In this document: positions 11,301-25,700 of the stretch, piece by piece
Layout: each line of letters opens with the position of its first letter
How positions within the stretch are numbered: position 1 is the first letter of the stretch
NCBI RefSeq assembly: GCF_009914755.1
Contig: NC_060933.1
Source of the DNA: the human T2T-CHM13v2.0 reference genome, Homo sapiens
DNA: 64,000 nucleotides
Direction: 5' to 3' (one strand)
The notes under the pieces: model-generated
Told to the model about the DNA's origin: nothing
Databases searched by the model: none
The model's input: the letters and a program-made list of their open reading frames with translations, nothing else
Translations under genes and position numbers: made by a program

Positions 11301-14300
11301 CTTTCTGTAGTATCTGCAAGCGGACGTTTCAAGCGCTTTCAGGCCTATGGTGAGAAAGGAAGTATCTTCAAGTAAAAACTAGACAGAAGCATTCTCAGAA
11401 ACTTATTTGCCATGTGTGTTCTCAACTAACAGAGTTGAACCTTTGTTTTGATACGGCATTTTGGAAACACTCTTTTTGTAGAATCTGCAGGTGGATATTC
11501 GGACAGCTTTGAAGGTTTCGTTGGAAACGGGAATATCTTCATATAAAATCTAGACGGAAGCATTCTCAGAAACTGCTTTGTGATGTTTCCATTGAAGTTA
11601 GAGAGTAGAATGTTCCCTTTTATATACCACGTTTGAGACACTCTTTCTGCGCTATCTGGAAGTGGACATTTGGAGCGCTTTGAGGCCTATGATGAAAAAG
11701 GAAATATCTTCCCATAAAAACTAGACAGAAGCATTCTCAGAAACTTGTTTGTGATGTGTGTATTCAACTAACAGAGATGAACCTTTCTTTTTACAGAGCA
11801 GTTTTGAAACACTCTTTTTGTGGAATCTGAAAGTGGATATTTGGATAGCTTTGAGGATTTCGTTGAAAACGGGATTACATATAAAATCTAGAGAGAAGCA
11901 TTCTCAGGAACTTCTTTGTGATGTTTGCATTCAAGTCACAGAACTGAACATTCCCTTTCATAGAGCATGTTTGAAACACTCTTTCTGTAGTATCTGCAAA
12001 CGGACATTTCAAGCGCTTTCAGGACTATGGTAAGAAAGGAAATATCTTCAAATAAAAACTAGACAGAAGCATTCTCAGAAACTTATTTGCGATGTGTGTC
12101 CTCAACTAACAGAGTTGAACCTTTGTTTTGATACAACATTTTGGAAACACTCTTTTTGTAGAATCTGCAAGTGGATATTTGGATAGCTTTGAAGGTTTCG
12201 TTGGAAACGGGAATATCTTCATATAAAATCAAGACAGAAGGATTCTCAGAAACTTCTCTGTGATGTTTGCATTCAACTCATAGAGTTGAACACTTCCCTT
12301 CATAGAGCAGGTTTGAAACACTCTTTTTGTAATATTTGGAAGTGGACATTTGCAGCGCTTTGAGGCCTATGTTGAAAAAGGAAATATCTTCTCCTAAAAA
12401 CCAGACAGAAGTATTCTCAGAAACTTCCTTGTGATGTGTGTACTCAAGTAACAGAGTTGAACCTTCCTTTTGACAGAGCCGTTTTGAAACAGTCTTTTTG
12501 TAGAATCTGGAAGTAGATATTTGGATACATTTGAGGATTTCTTTGGAAACGGGATATCTTCATATAAAATCTAGACAGAAGCATTCTCAGAAACTTCTTT
12601 GTGCTGTATGTCCTCAATTAACAGAGTGGAACCTTTGTGTGGATACAGCATTTTGGAAACATTCCTTTAGTAGAATCTGCAAGTTGATATTTAGATAGCT
12701 AGGAAGATTTCCTTGGAAACGGGAATATCTTCATATAAAATCTAGACGGAAGCATTCTCAGAAAGTGCTTTGTGATGTTTGCATTCAAGTCACAGAGTTG
12801 AATATTCCCTTTTATAGAGCAGGTTTGAAACACTCTTTCTGCACTACCTGGAAGTGGACATTTGGAGCGCTTTGAGGCCTATGTTGAAAAAGGAAATATC
12901 TTCCCATAAAAACTAGACAGAAGCATTCTCAGAAACTTGTTTGTGATGTGTGTATTCAACTAACAGAGATGAACCTTTCTTTTTACAGAGCAGTTTTGAA
13001 ACACTCTTTTTGTGGAATCTGAAAGTGGATATTTGGATAGCTTTGAGGATTTCGTTGGAAACGGGATTACATATAAAATCTAGAGAGAAGCATTCTCAGG
13101 AACTTCTTTGTGATGTTTGCATTCAAGTCACAGAACTGAACATTCCCTGTCATAGAGCATGGTTGAAACACTCTTTCTGTAGTATCTGCAAGCGGACGTT
13201 TCAAGCGCTTTCAGTCCTATGGTGAGAAAGGAAATATCTTCAAGTAAAAACTAGACAGAAGCATTCTCAGAAACTTATTTGCCATGTGTGTTCTCAACTA
13301 ACAGAGTTGAACCTTTGTTTTGATAAGGCATTTTGGAAACACTCTTTTTGGAGAATCTGCAGGTGGATATTCGGATAGCTTTGAAGGTTTCGTTGGAAAC
13401 GGGAATATCTTCATATAAAATCTAGACGGAAGCATTCTCAGAAACTGCTTTGTGATGTTTCCATTGAAGTCACAGAGTAGAATGTTCCCTTTTATATACC
13501 AGGTTTGAGACACTCTTTCTGCGCTATCTGGAAGTGGACATTTGGAGCGCTTTGAGGCCTATGATGAAAAAGGAAATATCTTCCCATAAAAACTAGACAG
13601 AAGCATTCTCAGAAACTTGTTTGTGATGTGTGTATTCAAATAACAGAGATGAACCTTTCTTTTTACAGAGCAGTTTTGAAACACTCTTTTTGTGGAATCT
13701 GAAAGTGGATATTTGGATAGCTTTGAGGATTTCGTTGAAAACGGGATTACATATAAAATCTAGAGAGAAGCATTCTCAGGAACTTCTTTGTGATGTTTGC
13801 ATTCAAGTCACAGAACTGAACATTCCCTTTCATAGAGCATGTTTGAAACACTCTTTCTGTAGTATCTGCAAACGGACATTTCAAGCGCTTTCAGGCCTAT
13901 GGTAAGAAAGGAAATATCTTCAAAGCAAAACTAGACAGAAGCATTCTCAGAAACTTATTTGCGATGTGCGTCCTCAACTAACAGAGTTGTACCTTTGTTT
14001 TGATACAACATTTTGGAACCACTCTTTTTGTAGAATCTGCAAGTGGATATTTGGATAGCTTTGAAGGTTTCGTTGGAAACGGGAATATCTTCATATAAAA
14101 TCAAGACAGAGGCATTCTCAGAAACTTCTCTGTGATGTTTGCATTCAACTCATAGAGTTGAACACTTCCCTTCATAGAGCAGGTTTGAAACACTCTTTTT
14201 GTAATATTTGGAAGTGGACATTTGCAGCGTTTTGAGGCCTATGTTGAAAAAGGAAATATCTTCTCCTAAAAACCAGACAGAAGCATTCTCAGAAACTTCC

Positions 14301-17300
14301 TTGTGATGTGTGTACTCAAGTAACAGAGTTGAACCTTCCTTTTGACAGAGCCGTTTTGAAACAGTCTTTTTGTAGAATCTGGAAGTAGATATTTGGATAC
14401 CTTTGAGGATTTCTTTGGAAACGGGATATCTTCATATAAAATCTAGACAGAAGCATTCTCAGAAACTTCTTCGTGCTATATGTCCTCAATTAACAGAGTT
14501 GAACCTTTGTGTGGATACAGCATTTTGGAAACATTCCTTTAGTAGAATCTGCAAGTTGATATTTAGATAGCTAGGAAGATTTCCTTGGAAACGGGAATAT
14601 CTTCATATAAAATCTAGACGGAAGCATTCTCAGAAAGTGCTTTGTGATGTTTGCATTCAAGTCACAGAGTTGAATATTCCCTTTTATAGAGCAGGTTTGA
14701 AACACTCTTTCTGCACTACCTGGAAGTGGACATTTGGAGCGCTTTGAGGCCTATGTTGAAAAAGGAAATATCTTCCCATAAAAACTAGACAGAAGCATTC
14801 TCAGAAACTTGTTTGTGATGTGTGTATTCAACTAACAGAGATGAACCTTTCTTTTTACAGAGCAGTTTTGAAACACTCTTTTTGTGGAATCTGAAAGTGG
14901 ATATTTGGATAGCTTTGAGGATTTCGTTGGAAACGGGATTACATATAAAATCTAGAGAGAAGCATTCTCAGGAACTTCTTTGTGATGTTTGCATTCAAGT
15001 CACAGAACTGAACATTCCCTTTCATAGAGCAGGTTTGAAACACTCTTTCTGTAGTATCTGCAAGCGGACGTTTCAAGCGCTTTCAGGCCTATGGTGAGAA
15101 AGGAAATATCTTCAAGTAAAAACTAGACAGAAGCATTCTCAGAAACTTATTTGCCATGTGTGTTCTCAACTAACAGAGGTGAACCTTTGTTTTGATACGG
15201 CATTTTGGAAACACTCTTTTTGTAGAATCTGCAGGTGGATATTCGGATAGCTTTGAAGGTTTCGTTGGAAACTTGAATATCTTCATATAAAATCTAGACG
15301 GAGGCATTCTCAGAAACTGCTTTGTGATGTTTTCATTCAAGTCACAGAGTAGAATGTTCCCTTTTATATACCAGGTTTGAGACACTCTTTCTGCACTATC
15401 TGGAAGTGGACATTTGGAGCGCTTTGAGGCCTATGATGAAAAAGGAAATATCTTCCCATAAAAACTAGACAGAAGCATTCTCAGAAACTTGTTTGTGATG
15501 TGTGTATTCAACTAACTGAGATGAACCTTTCTTTTTACAGAGCAGTTTTGAAACACTCTTTTTGTGGAATCTGAAAGTGGATATTTGGATAGCTTTGAGG
15601 ATTTCGTTGGAAACGGGATTACATATAAAATCTAGAGAGAAGCATTCTCAGGAACTTCTTTGTGATGTTTGCATTCACGTCACAGAACTGAACATTCCCT
15701 TTCATAGAGCATGTTTGAAACACTCTTTCTGTAGTATCTGCAAACGGACATTTCAAGCGCTTTCAGGCCTATGGTAAGAAAGGAAATATCTTCAAATAAA
15801 AACTAGACAGAAGCATTCTCAGAAACTTATTTGCGATGTGTGTCCTCAACTAACAGAGTTGAACCTTTGTTTTGATACAACATTTTGGAAACACTCTTTT
15901 TGTAGAATCTGCAAGTGGATATTTGGATAGCTTTGAAGGTTTCTTTGGAAACGGGAATATCTTCATATAAAATCAAGACAGAAGCATTCTCAGAAACTTC
16001 TCTGTGATGTTTGCATTCAACTCATAGAGTTGAACACTTCCCTTCATAGAGCAGGTTTGAAACACTCTTTTTGTAATATTTGGAAGTGGACATTTGCAGC
16101 GCTTTGAGGCCTATGTTGAAAAAGGAAATATCTTCTCCTAAAAACCAGACAGAAGCATTCACAGAAACTTCCTTGTGATGTGTGTACTCAAGTAACACAG
16201 TTGAACCTTCCTTTTGACAGAGCCGTTTTGAAACAGTCTTTTTGTAGAATCTGGAAGTAGATATTTGGACACGTTTGAGGATTTCTTTGGAAAGGGGATA
16301 TCTTCATATAAAATCTAGACAGAAGCATTCTCAGAAACTTCTTTGTGCTGTATGTCCTCAATTAATAGAGTTGAACCTTTGTGTGGATACAGCATTTTGG
16401 AAACACCCCTTTAGTAGGATATGCAAGTTGATATTTAGATTGCTAGGAAGATTTCCTTGGAAACGGGAATATCTTCATATAAAATCTAGACGGAAGCATT
16501 CTCAGAAAGTGCTTTGTGATGTTTGCATTCAAGTCACAGAGTTGAATATTCCCTTTTATACAGCACGTTTGAAACACTCTTTCTGCACTACCTGGAAGTG
16601 GACATTTGGAGCGCTTTGAGGCCTATGTTGAAAAAGGAAATATCTTCCCATACAAACTAGACAGAAGCATTCTCAGAAACTTGTTTGTGATGTGTGTATT
16701 CAACTAACAGAGATGAACCTTTCTTTTTACAGAGCAGTTTTGAAACACTCTTTTTGTGGAATCTGAAAGTGGATATTTGGATAGCTTTGAGGATTTCGTT
16801 GGAAACGGGATTACATATAAAATCTAGAGAGAAGCATTCTCAGGAACTTCTTTGTGATGTTTGCATTCAAGTCACAGAACTGAACATTCCCTTTCATAGA
16901 GCATGTTTGAAACACTCCTTCTGTAGTATCTGCAAGCGGACGTTTCAAGCGCTTTCAGGCCTATGGTGAGAAAGGAAATATCTTCAAGTAAAAACTAGAC
17001 AGAAGCATTCTCAGAAACTTATTTGCCATGTGTGTTCTCAACTAACAGAGTTGAACCTTTGTTTTGATACGGCATTTTGGAAACACTCTTTTTGTAGAAT
17101 CTGCAGGTGGATATTCGGATAGCTTTGAAGGTTTCGTTGGAAACGGGAATATCTTCATATAAAATCTAGACGGAAGCATTCTCAGAAACTGCTTTGTGAT
17201 GTTTTCATTCAAGTCACAGAGTAGAATGTTCCCTTTTATATACGAGGTTTGAGACACTCTTTCTGCACTATCTGGAAGTGGACATTTGGAGCGCTTTGAG

Positions 17301-18539
17301 GCCTATGATGAAAAAGGAAATATCTTCCCATAAAAACTAGACAGAAGCATTCTCAGAAACTTGTTTGTGATGTGTGTATTCAACTAACAGAGATGAACCT
17401 TTCTTTTTACAGAACAGTTTTGAAACACTCTTTTTGTGGAATCTGAAAGTGGATATTTGGATAGCTTTGAGGATTTCGTTGGAAACGGGATTACATATAA
17501 AATCTAGAGAGAAGCATTCTCAGGAACTTCTTTGTGATGTTTGCATTCACGTCACAGAACTGAACATTCCCTTTCATAGAGCATGTTTGAAACACTCTTT
17601 CTGTAGTATCTGCAAACGGACATTTCAAGCGCTTTCAGGCCTATGGTAAGAAAGGAAATATCTTCAAATAAAAACTAGACAGAAGCATTCTCAGAAACTT
17701 ATTTGCGATGTGTGTCCTCAACTAACAGAGTTGAACCTTTGTTTTGATACAACATTTTGGAAACACTCTTGTTGTAGAATCTGCAAGTGGATATTTGGAC
17801 AGCTTTGAAGGTTTCGTTGGAAACGGGAATATCTTCATATAAAATCAAGACAGAAGCATTCTCAGAAACTTCTCTGTGATGTTTGCATTCAACTCATAGA
17901 GTTGAACACTTCCCTTCATAGAGCAGGTTTGAAACACTCTTTTTGTAATATTTGGAAGTGGACATTTGCAGCGCTTTGAGGCCTATGTTGAAAAAGGAAA
18001 TATCTTCTCCTAAAAACCAGACAGAAGCATTCTCAGAAACTTCCTTGTGATGTGTGTACTCAAGTAACACAGTTGAACCTTCCTTTTGACAGAGCCGTTT
18101 TGAAACAGTCTTTTTGTAGAATCTGGAAGTAGATATTTGGACACCTTTGAGGATTTCTTTGGAAACGGGATATCTTCATATAAAACCTAGACAGAAGCAT
18201 TCTCAGAAACTTCTTTGTGCTGTATGTCCTCAATTAAGAGAGTTGAACCTTTGTGTGGATACAGCATTTTGGAAACATTCCTTTAGTAGAATCTGCAAGT
18301 TGATATTTAGATAGCTAGGAAGATTTCCTTGGAAACGGGAATATCTTCATATAAAATCTAGACGGAAGCATTCTCAGAAAGTGCTTTGTGATGTTTGCAT
18401 TCAAGTCACAGAGTTGAATATTCCCTTTTATAGAGCAGGTTTGAAACACTCTTTCTGCACTACGTGGAAGTGGACATTTGGAGCGCTTTGAGGCCTATGT
18501 TGAAAAAGGAAATATCTTCCCATAAAAACTAGACAGAAA

Positions 18540-19731
18540 CATTCTCAGAAACTTGTTTGTGATGTGTGTATTCAACTAACAGAGATGAACCTTTCTTTTT
18601 ACAGAGCAGTTTTGAAACACTCTTTTTGTGGAATCTGAAAGTGGATATTTGGATAGCTTTGAGGATTTCGTTGGAAACGGGATTACATATAAAATCTAGA
18701 GAGAAGCATTCTCAGGAACTTCTTTGTGATGTTTGCATTCAAGTCACAGAACTGAACATTCCCTTTCATAGAGCATGTTTGAAACACTCTTTCTGTAGTA
18801 TCTGCAAGCGGACGTTTCAAGCGCTTTCAGGCCTATGGTGAGAAAGGAAATATCTTCAAGTAAAAACTGGACAGAAGCATTCTAAGAAACTTATTTGCCA
18901 TGTGTGTTCTCAACTAACAGAGTTGAACCTATGTTTTGATACTGCATTTTGGAAACACTCTTTTTGTAGAATCTGCAGGTGGATATTCGGATAGCTTTGA
19001 AGGTTTCGTTGGAAACGGGAATATCTTCATATAAAATCTAGACGGAAGCATTCTCAGAAACTGCTTTGTGATGTTTTCGTTGAAGTCACAGAGTAGAATG
19101 TTCCCTTTTATATACCAGGTTTGGGACACTCTTTCTGCACTATCTGGAAGTGGACATTTGGAGCGCTTTGAGGCCTATGATGAAAAAGGAAATATCTTCA
19201 CATAAAAACTAGACAGAAGCATTCTCAGAAACTTGTTTGTGATGTGTGTATTCAACTAACAGAGATGAACCTTTCTTCTTACAGCGCAGTTTTGAAACAG
19301 TCTTTTTGTAGAATCTGGAAGTAGATATTTGGATACATTTGAGGATTTCTTTGGAAACGGGATATCTTCATATAAAATCTAGACAGAAGCATTCTCAGAA
19401 ACTTCTTTGTGCTGTATGTCCTCAATTAACAGAGTGGAACCTTTGTGTGGATACAGCATTTTGGAAACATTCCTTTAGTAGAATCTGCAAGTTGATATTT
19501 AGATAGCTAGGAAGATTTCCTTGGAAACGGGAATATCTTCATATAAAATCTAGACGGAAGCATTCTCAGAAAGTGCTTTGTGATGTTTGCATTCAAGTCA
19601 CAGAGTTGAATATTCCCTTTTATAGAGCAGGTTTGAAACACTCTTTCTGCACTACCTGGAAGTGGACATTTGGAGCGCTTTGAGGCCTATGTTGAAAAAG
19701 GAAATATCTTCCCATAAAAACTAGACAGAAG
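18540..19731 (+). repeat. Variant 7-mer a'b'c'g'(a/e)fg, 1192 bp
   Basis: The monomer at 19220 starts as a (AGAGATGAACC) and ends as e (CAGTCTTTTTGTAGAATCTGGAAGTAG). It is followed by f and a normal g; b, c and d are absent. Confidence 0.92.
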
Positions 19732-22700
19732 CATTCTCAGAAACTTGTTTGTGATGTGTGTATTCAACTAACAGAGATGAACCTTTCTTTTTACAGAGCA
19801 GTTCTGAAACACTCTTTTTGTGGAATCTGAAAGTGGATATTTGGATAGCTTTGAGGATTTCTTTGGAAACGGGATTACCTATAAAATCTAGAGAGAAGCA
19901 TTCAAAAAACTTCTTTGTGATGTTTGCATTCAAGTCACAGAACTGAACATTCCCTTTCATAGAGCATGTTTGAAACACTCTTTCTGTAGTATCTGCAAGC
20001 GGACGTTTCAAGCGCTTTCAGGCCTATGGTGAGAAAGGAAATATCTTCAAGTAAAAACTAGACAGAAGCATTCCCAGAAACTTATTTGCCATGTGAGTTC
20101 TCAACTAACAGAGTTGAACCTATGTTTTGATACGGCATTTTGGAAACACTCTTTTTGTAGAATCTGCAGGTGGATATTCGGATAGCTTTGAAGGTTTCGT
20201 TGGAAACGGGAATATCTTCATATAAAATCTAGACGGAAGCATTCTCAGAAACTGCTTTGTGATGTTTTCGTTGAAGTCACAGAGTAGAATGTTCCCTTTT
20301 ATATACCAGGTTTGAGACACTCTTTCTGCACTATCTGGAAGTGGACATTTGGAGCGCTTTGAGGCCTATGATGAAAAAGGAAATATCTTCCCATAAAAAC
20401 TAGACAGAAGCATTCTCAGAAACTTGTTTGTGATGTGTGTATTCAACTAACAGAGATGAACCTTTCTTTTTACAGCGCAGTTTTGAAACAGTCTTTTTGT
20501 AGAATCTGGAAGTAGATATTTGGATACATTTGAGGATTTCTTTGGAAACGGGATATCTTCATATAAAATCTAGACAGAAGCATTCTCAGAAACTTCTTTG
20601 TGCTGTATGTCCTCAATTAACAGAGTGGAACCTTTGTGTGGATACAGCATTTTGGAAACATTCCTTTAGTAGAATCTGCAAGTTGATATTTAGATAGCTA
20701 GGAAGATTTCCTTGGAAACGGGAATATCTTCATATAAAATCTAGACGGAAGCATTCTCAGAAACTGCTTTGTGATGTTTTCAGTGAAGTCACAGAGTAGA
20801 ATGTTCCCTTTTATATACCAGGTTTCAGACACTCTTTCTGCACTATCTGGAAGTGGACATTTGGAGCGCTTTGAGGCCTATGATGAAAAAGGAAATATCT
20901 TCCCATAAAAACTAGACAGAAGCATTCTCAGAAACTTGTTTGTGATGTGTGTATTCAACTAACAGAGATGAACCTTTCTTTTTACAGAGCAGTTTTGAAA
21001 CACTCTTTTTGTGGAATCTGAAAGTGGATATTTGGATAGCTTTGAGGATTTCGTTGGAAACGGGATTACATATAAAATCTAGAGAGAAGCATTCTCAGGA
21101 ACTTCTTTGTGATGTTTGCATTCACGTCACAGAACTGAACATTCCCTTTCATAGAGCATGTTTGAAACACTCTTTCTGTAGTATCTGCAAACGGACATTT
21201 CAAGCGCTTTCAGGCCTATGGTAAGAAAGGAAATATCTTCAAATCAAAACTAGACAGAAGCATTCTCAGAAACTTATTTGCGATGTGTGTCCTCAACTAA
21301 CAGAGTTGAACCTTTGTTTTGATACAACATTTTGGAAACACTCTTTTTGTAGAATCTGCAAGTGGATATTTGGATAGCTTTGAAGGTTTCGTTGTTAACG
21401 GGAATATCTTCATATAAAATCAAGACAGAAGCATTCTCAGAAACTTCTCTGTGATGTTTGCATTCAACTCATAGAGTTGAACACTTCCCTTCATAGAGCA
21501 GGTTTGAAACACTCTTTTTGTAATATTTGGAAGTGGACATTTGCAGCGCTTTGAGGCCTATGTTGAAAAAGGAAATATCTTCTCCTAAAAACAAGACAGA
21601 AGCATTCTCAGAAACTTCCTTGTGATGTGTGTACTCAAGTAACAGAGTTGAACCTTACTTTTGACAGAGCCGTTTTGACACAGTCTTTTTGTAGAATCTG
21701 GAAGTAGATATTTGGACACCTTTGAGGATTTCTTTGGAAACGGGATATCTTCATATAAAATCTAGACAGAAGCATTCTCAGAAACTTCTTTGTGCTGTAT
21801 GTCCTCAATTAACAGAGTTGAACCTTTGTGTGGATACAGCATTTTGGAAACACTCCTTTAGTAGGATATGCAAGTTGATATTTAGATAGCTAGGAAGATT
21901 TCCTTGGAAACGGGAATATCTTCATATAAAATCTAGACGGAAGCATTCTCAGAAAGTGCTTTGTGATGTTTGCATTCAAGTCACAGAGTTGAATATTCCC
22001 TTTTATAGAGCAGGTTTGAAACACTCTTTCTGCACTACCTGGAAGTGGACGTTTGGAGCGCTTTGAGGCCTATGTTGAAAAAGGAAATATCTTCCCATAA
22101 AAACTAGACAGAAGCATTCTCAGAAACTTGTTTGTGATGTGTGTATTCAACTAACAGAGATGAACCTTTCCTTTTACAGAGCAGTTTTGAAACACTCTTT
22201 TTGTGGAATCTGAAAGTGGATATTTGGATAGCTTTGAGGATTTCGTTGGAAACGGGATTACATATAAAATCTAGAGAGAAGCATTCAAAGGAACTTCTTT
22301 GTGATGTTTGCATTCAAGTCACAGAACTGAACATTCCCTTTCATAGAGCATGTTTGAAACACTCTTTCTGTAGTATCTGCAAGCGGACGTTTCAAGCGCT
22401 TTCAGGCCTATGGTGAGAAAGGAAATATCTTCAAGTAAAAACTAGACAGAAGCATTCTCAGAAACTTATTTGCCATGTGTGTTCTCAACTAACAGAGTTG
22501 AACCTATGTTTTGATACGGCATTTTGGAAACACTCTTTTTGTAGAATCTGTAGGTGGATATTCGGATAGCTTTGAAGGTTTCGTTGGAAACGGGAATATC
22601 TTCATATAAAATCTAGACGGAAGCATTCTCAGAAACTGCTTTGTGATGTTTTCGTTGAAGTCACAGATTAGAATGTTCCCTTTTATATACCAGGTTTGAG

Positions 22701-25700
22701 ACACTCTTTCTGCACTATCTGGAAGTGGACATTTGGAGCGCTTTGAGGCCTATGATGAAAAAGGAAATATCTTCCCATAAAAACTAGACAGAAGCATTCT
22801 CAGAAACTTGTTTGTGATGTGTGTATTCAACTAACAGAGATGAACCTTACTTTTGACAGAGCCGTTTTGACACAGTCTTTTTGTAGAATCTGGAAGTAGA
22901 TATTTGGACACCTTTGAGGATTTCTTTGGAAACGGGATATCTTCATATAAAATCTAGACAGAAGCATTCTCAGAAACTTCTTTGTGCTGTATCTCCTCAA
23001 TTAACAAAGTGGAACCTTTGTGTGGATACAGCATTTTGGAAACATTCCTTTAGTAGAATCTGCAAGTTGATATTTAGATAGCTAGGAAGATTTCCTTGGA
23101 AACGGGAATATCTTCTTATAAAATCTAGACGGAAGCATTCTCAGAAACTGCTTTGTGATGTTTTCAGTGAAGTCACAGAGTAGAATGTTCCCTTTTATAT
23201 ACCAGGTTTCAGACACTCTTTCTGCACTATCTGGAAGTGGACATTTGGAGCGCTTTGAGGCCTATGATGAAAAAGGAAATATCTTCCCATAAAAACTAGA
23301 CAGAAGCATTCTCAGAAACTTGTTTGTGATGTGTGTATTCAACTAACTGAGATGAACCTTTCTTTTTACAGAGCAGTTTTGAAACACTCTTTTTGTGGAA
23401 TCTGAAAGTGGATATTTGGATAGCTTTGAGGATTTCGTTGGAAACGGGATTACCTATAAAATCTAGAGAGAAGCATTCTCAGGAACTTCTTTGTGATGTT
23501 TGCATTCACGTCACAGAACTGAACATTCCCTTTCATAGAGCATGTTTGAAACACTCTTTCTGTAGTATCTGCAAACGGACATTTCAAGCGCTTTCAGGCC
23601 TATGGTAAGAAAGGAAATATCTTCAAATAAAAACTAGACAGAAGCATTCTCAGAAACTTATTTGCGATGTGTGTCCTCAACTAACAGAGTTGAACCTTTG
23701 TTTTGATACAACATTTTGGAAACACTCTTTTTGTAGAATCTGCAAGTGGATATTTGGATAGCTTTGAAGGTTTCGTTGTTAACGGGAATATCTTCATATA
23801 AAATCAAGACAGAAGCATTCTCAGAAACTTCTCTGTGATGTTTGCATTCAACTCATAGAGTTGAACACTTCCCTTCATAGAGCAGGTTTGAAACACTCTT
23901 TTTGTAATATTTGGAAGTGGACATTTGCAGCGCTTTGAGGCCTATTTGAAAAAGGAAATATCTTCTCCTAAAAACCAGACAGAAGCATTCTCAGAAACTT
24001 CCTTGTGATGTGTGTACTCAAGTAACAGAGTTGAACCTTACTTTTGACAGAGCCGTTTTGACACAGTCTTTTTGTAGAATCTGGAAGTAGATATTTGGAC
24101 ACCTTTGAGGATTTCTTTGGAAACGGGATATCTTCATATAAAATCTAGACAGAAGCATTCTCAGAAACTTCTTTGTGCTGTATGTCCTCAATTAACAGAG
24201 TTGAACCTTTGTGTGGATACAGCATTTTGGAAACACTCCTTTAGTAGGATATGCAAGTTGATATTTAGATAGCTAGGAAGATTTCCTTGGAAACGGGATT
24301 ATCTTCATATAAAATCTAGACGGAAGCATTCTCAGAAAGTGCTTTGTGATGTTTGCATTCAAGTCACAGAGTTGAATATTCCCTTTTATAGAGCAGGTTT
24401 GAAACACTCTTTCTGCACTACCTGGAAGTGGACATTTGGAGCGCTTTGAGGCCTATGTTGAAAAAGGAAATATCTTCCCATAAAAACTAGACAGAAGCAT
24501 TCTCAGAAACTTGTTTGTGATGTGTGCATTCAACTAACAGAGATGAACCTTTCCTTTTACAGAGCAGTTTTGAAACACTCTTTTTGTGGAATCTGAAAGT
24601 GGATATTTGGATAGCTTTGAGGATTTCGTTGGAAACGGGATTACATATAAAATCTAGAGAGAAGCATTCAAAGGAACTTCTTTGTGATGTTTGCATTCAA
24701 GTCACAGAACTGAACATTCCCTTTCATAGAGCATGTTTGAAACACTCTTTCTGTAGTATCTGCAAGCGGACGTTTCAAGCGCTTTCAGGCCTATGGTGAG
24801 AAAGGAAATATCTTCAAGTAAAAACTAGACAGAAGCATTCTCAGAAACTTATTTGCCATGTGTGTTCTCAACTAACAGAGTTGAACCTATGTTTTGATAC
24901 GGCATTTTGGAAACACTCTTTTTGTAGAATCTGCAGGTGGATATTCGGATAGCTTTGAAGGTTTCGTTGGAAACGGGAATATCTTCATATAAAATCTAGA
25001 CGGAAGCATTCTCAGAAACTGCTTTGTGATGTTTTCGTTGAAGTCACAGAGTAGAATGTTCCCTTTTATATACCAGGTTTGAGACACTCTTTCTGCACTA
25101 TCTGGAAGTGGACATTTGGAGCGCTTTGAGGCCTATGATGAAAAAGGAAATATCTTCCCATAAAAACTAGACAGAAGCATTCTCAGAAACTTGTTTGTGA
25201 TGTGTGTATTCAACTAACAGAGATGAACCTTACTTTTGACAGAGCCGTTTTGACACAGTCTTTTTGTAGAATCTGGAAGTAGATATTTGGACACCTTTGA
25301 GGATTTCTTTGGAAACGGGATATCTTCATATAAAATCTAGACAGAAGCATTCTCAGAAACTTCTTTGTGCTGTATCTCCTCAATTAACAGAGTGGAACCT
25401 TTGTGTGGATACAGCATTTTGGAAACATTCCTTTAGTAGAATCTGCAAGTTGATATTTAGATAGCTAGGAAGATTTCCTTGGAAACGGGAATATCTTCAT
25501 ATAAAATCTAGACGGAAGCATTCTCAGAAACTGCTTTGTGATGTTTTCAGTGAAGTCACAGAGTAGAATGTTCCCTTTTATATACCAGGTTTCAGACACT
25601 CTTTCTGCACTATCTGGAAGTGGACATTTGGAGCGCTTTGAGGCCTATGATGAAAAAGGAAATATCTTCCCATAAAAACTAGACAGAAGCATTCTCAGAA

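Larger units (their letters stand above)
1..18539 (+). repeat. Canonical 11-mer HOR (1872 bp), ~10 copies
   Basis: Unit starts at 1692, 3564, 5436, 7308, 9180, 11052, 12924, 14796 and 16668 (exact 1872-bp steps; the first unit is truncated by the window). Monomer a recurs at alternating 680 and 1192 bp. Confidence 0.97.

Noticed and set aside
19075-19091. New TTTCGTTGAAG motif in g' of the variant block, resembling a gained CENP-B box
   Set aside because: It has TTCG, A10 and C13 but lacks the GGG of the core, so it is not a box.
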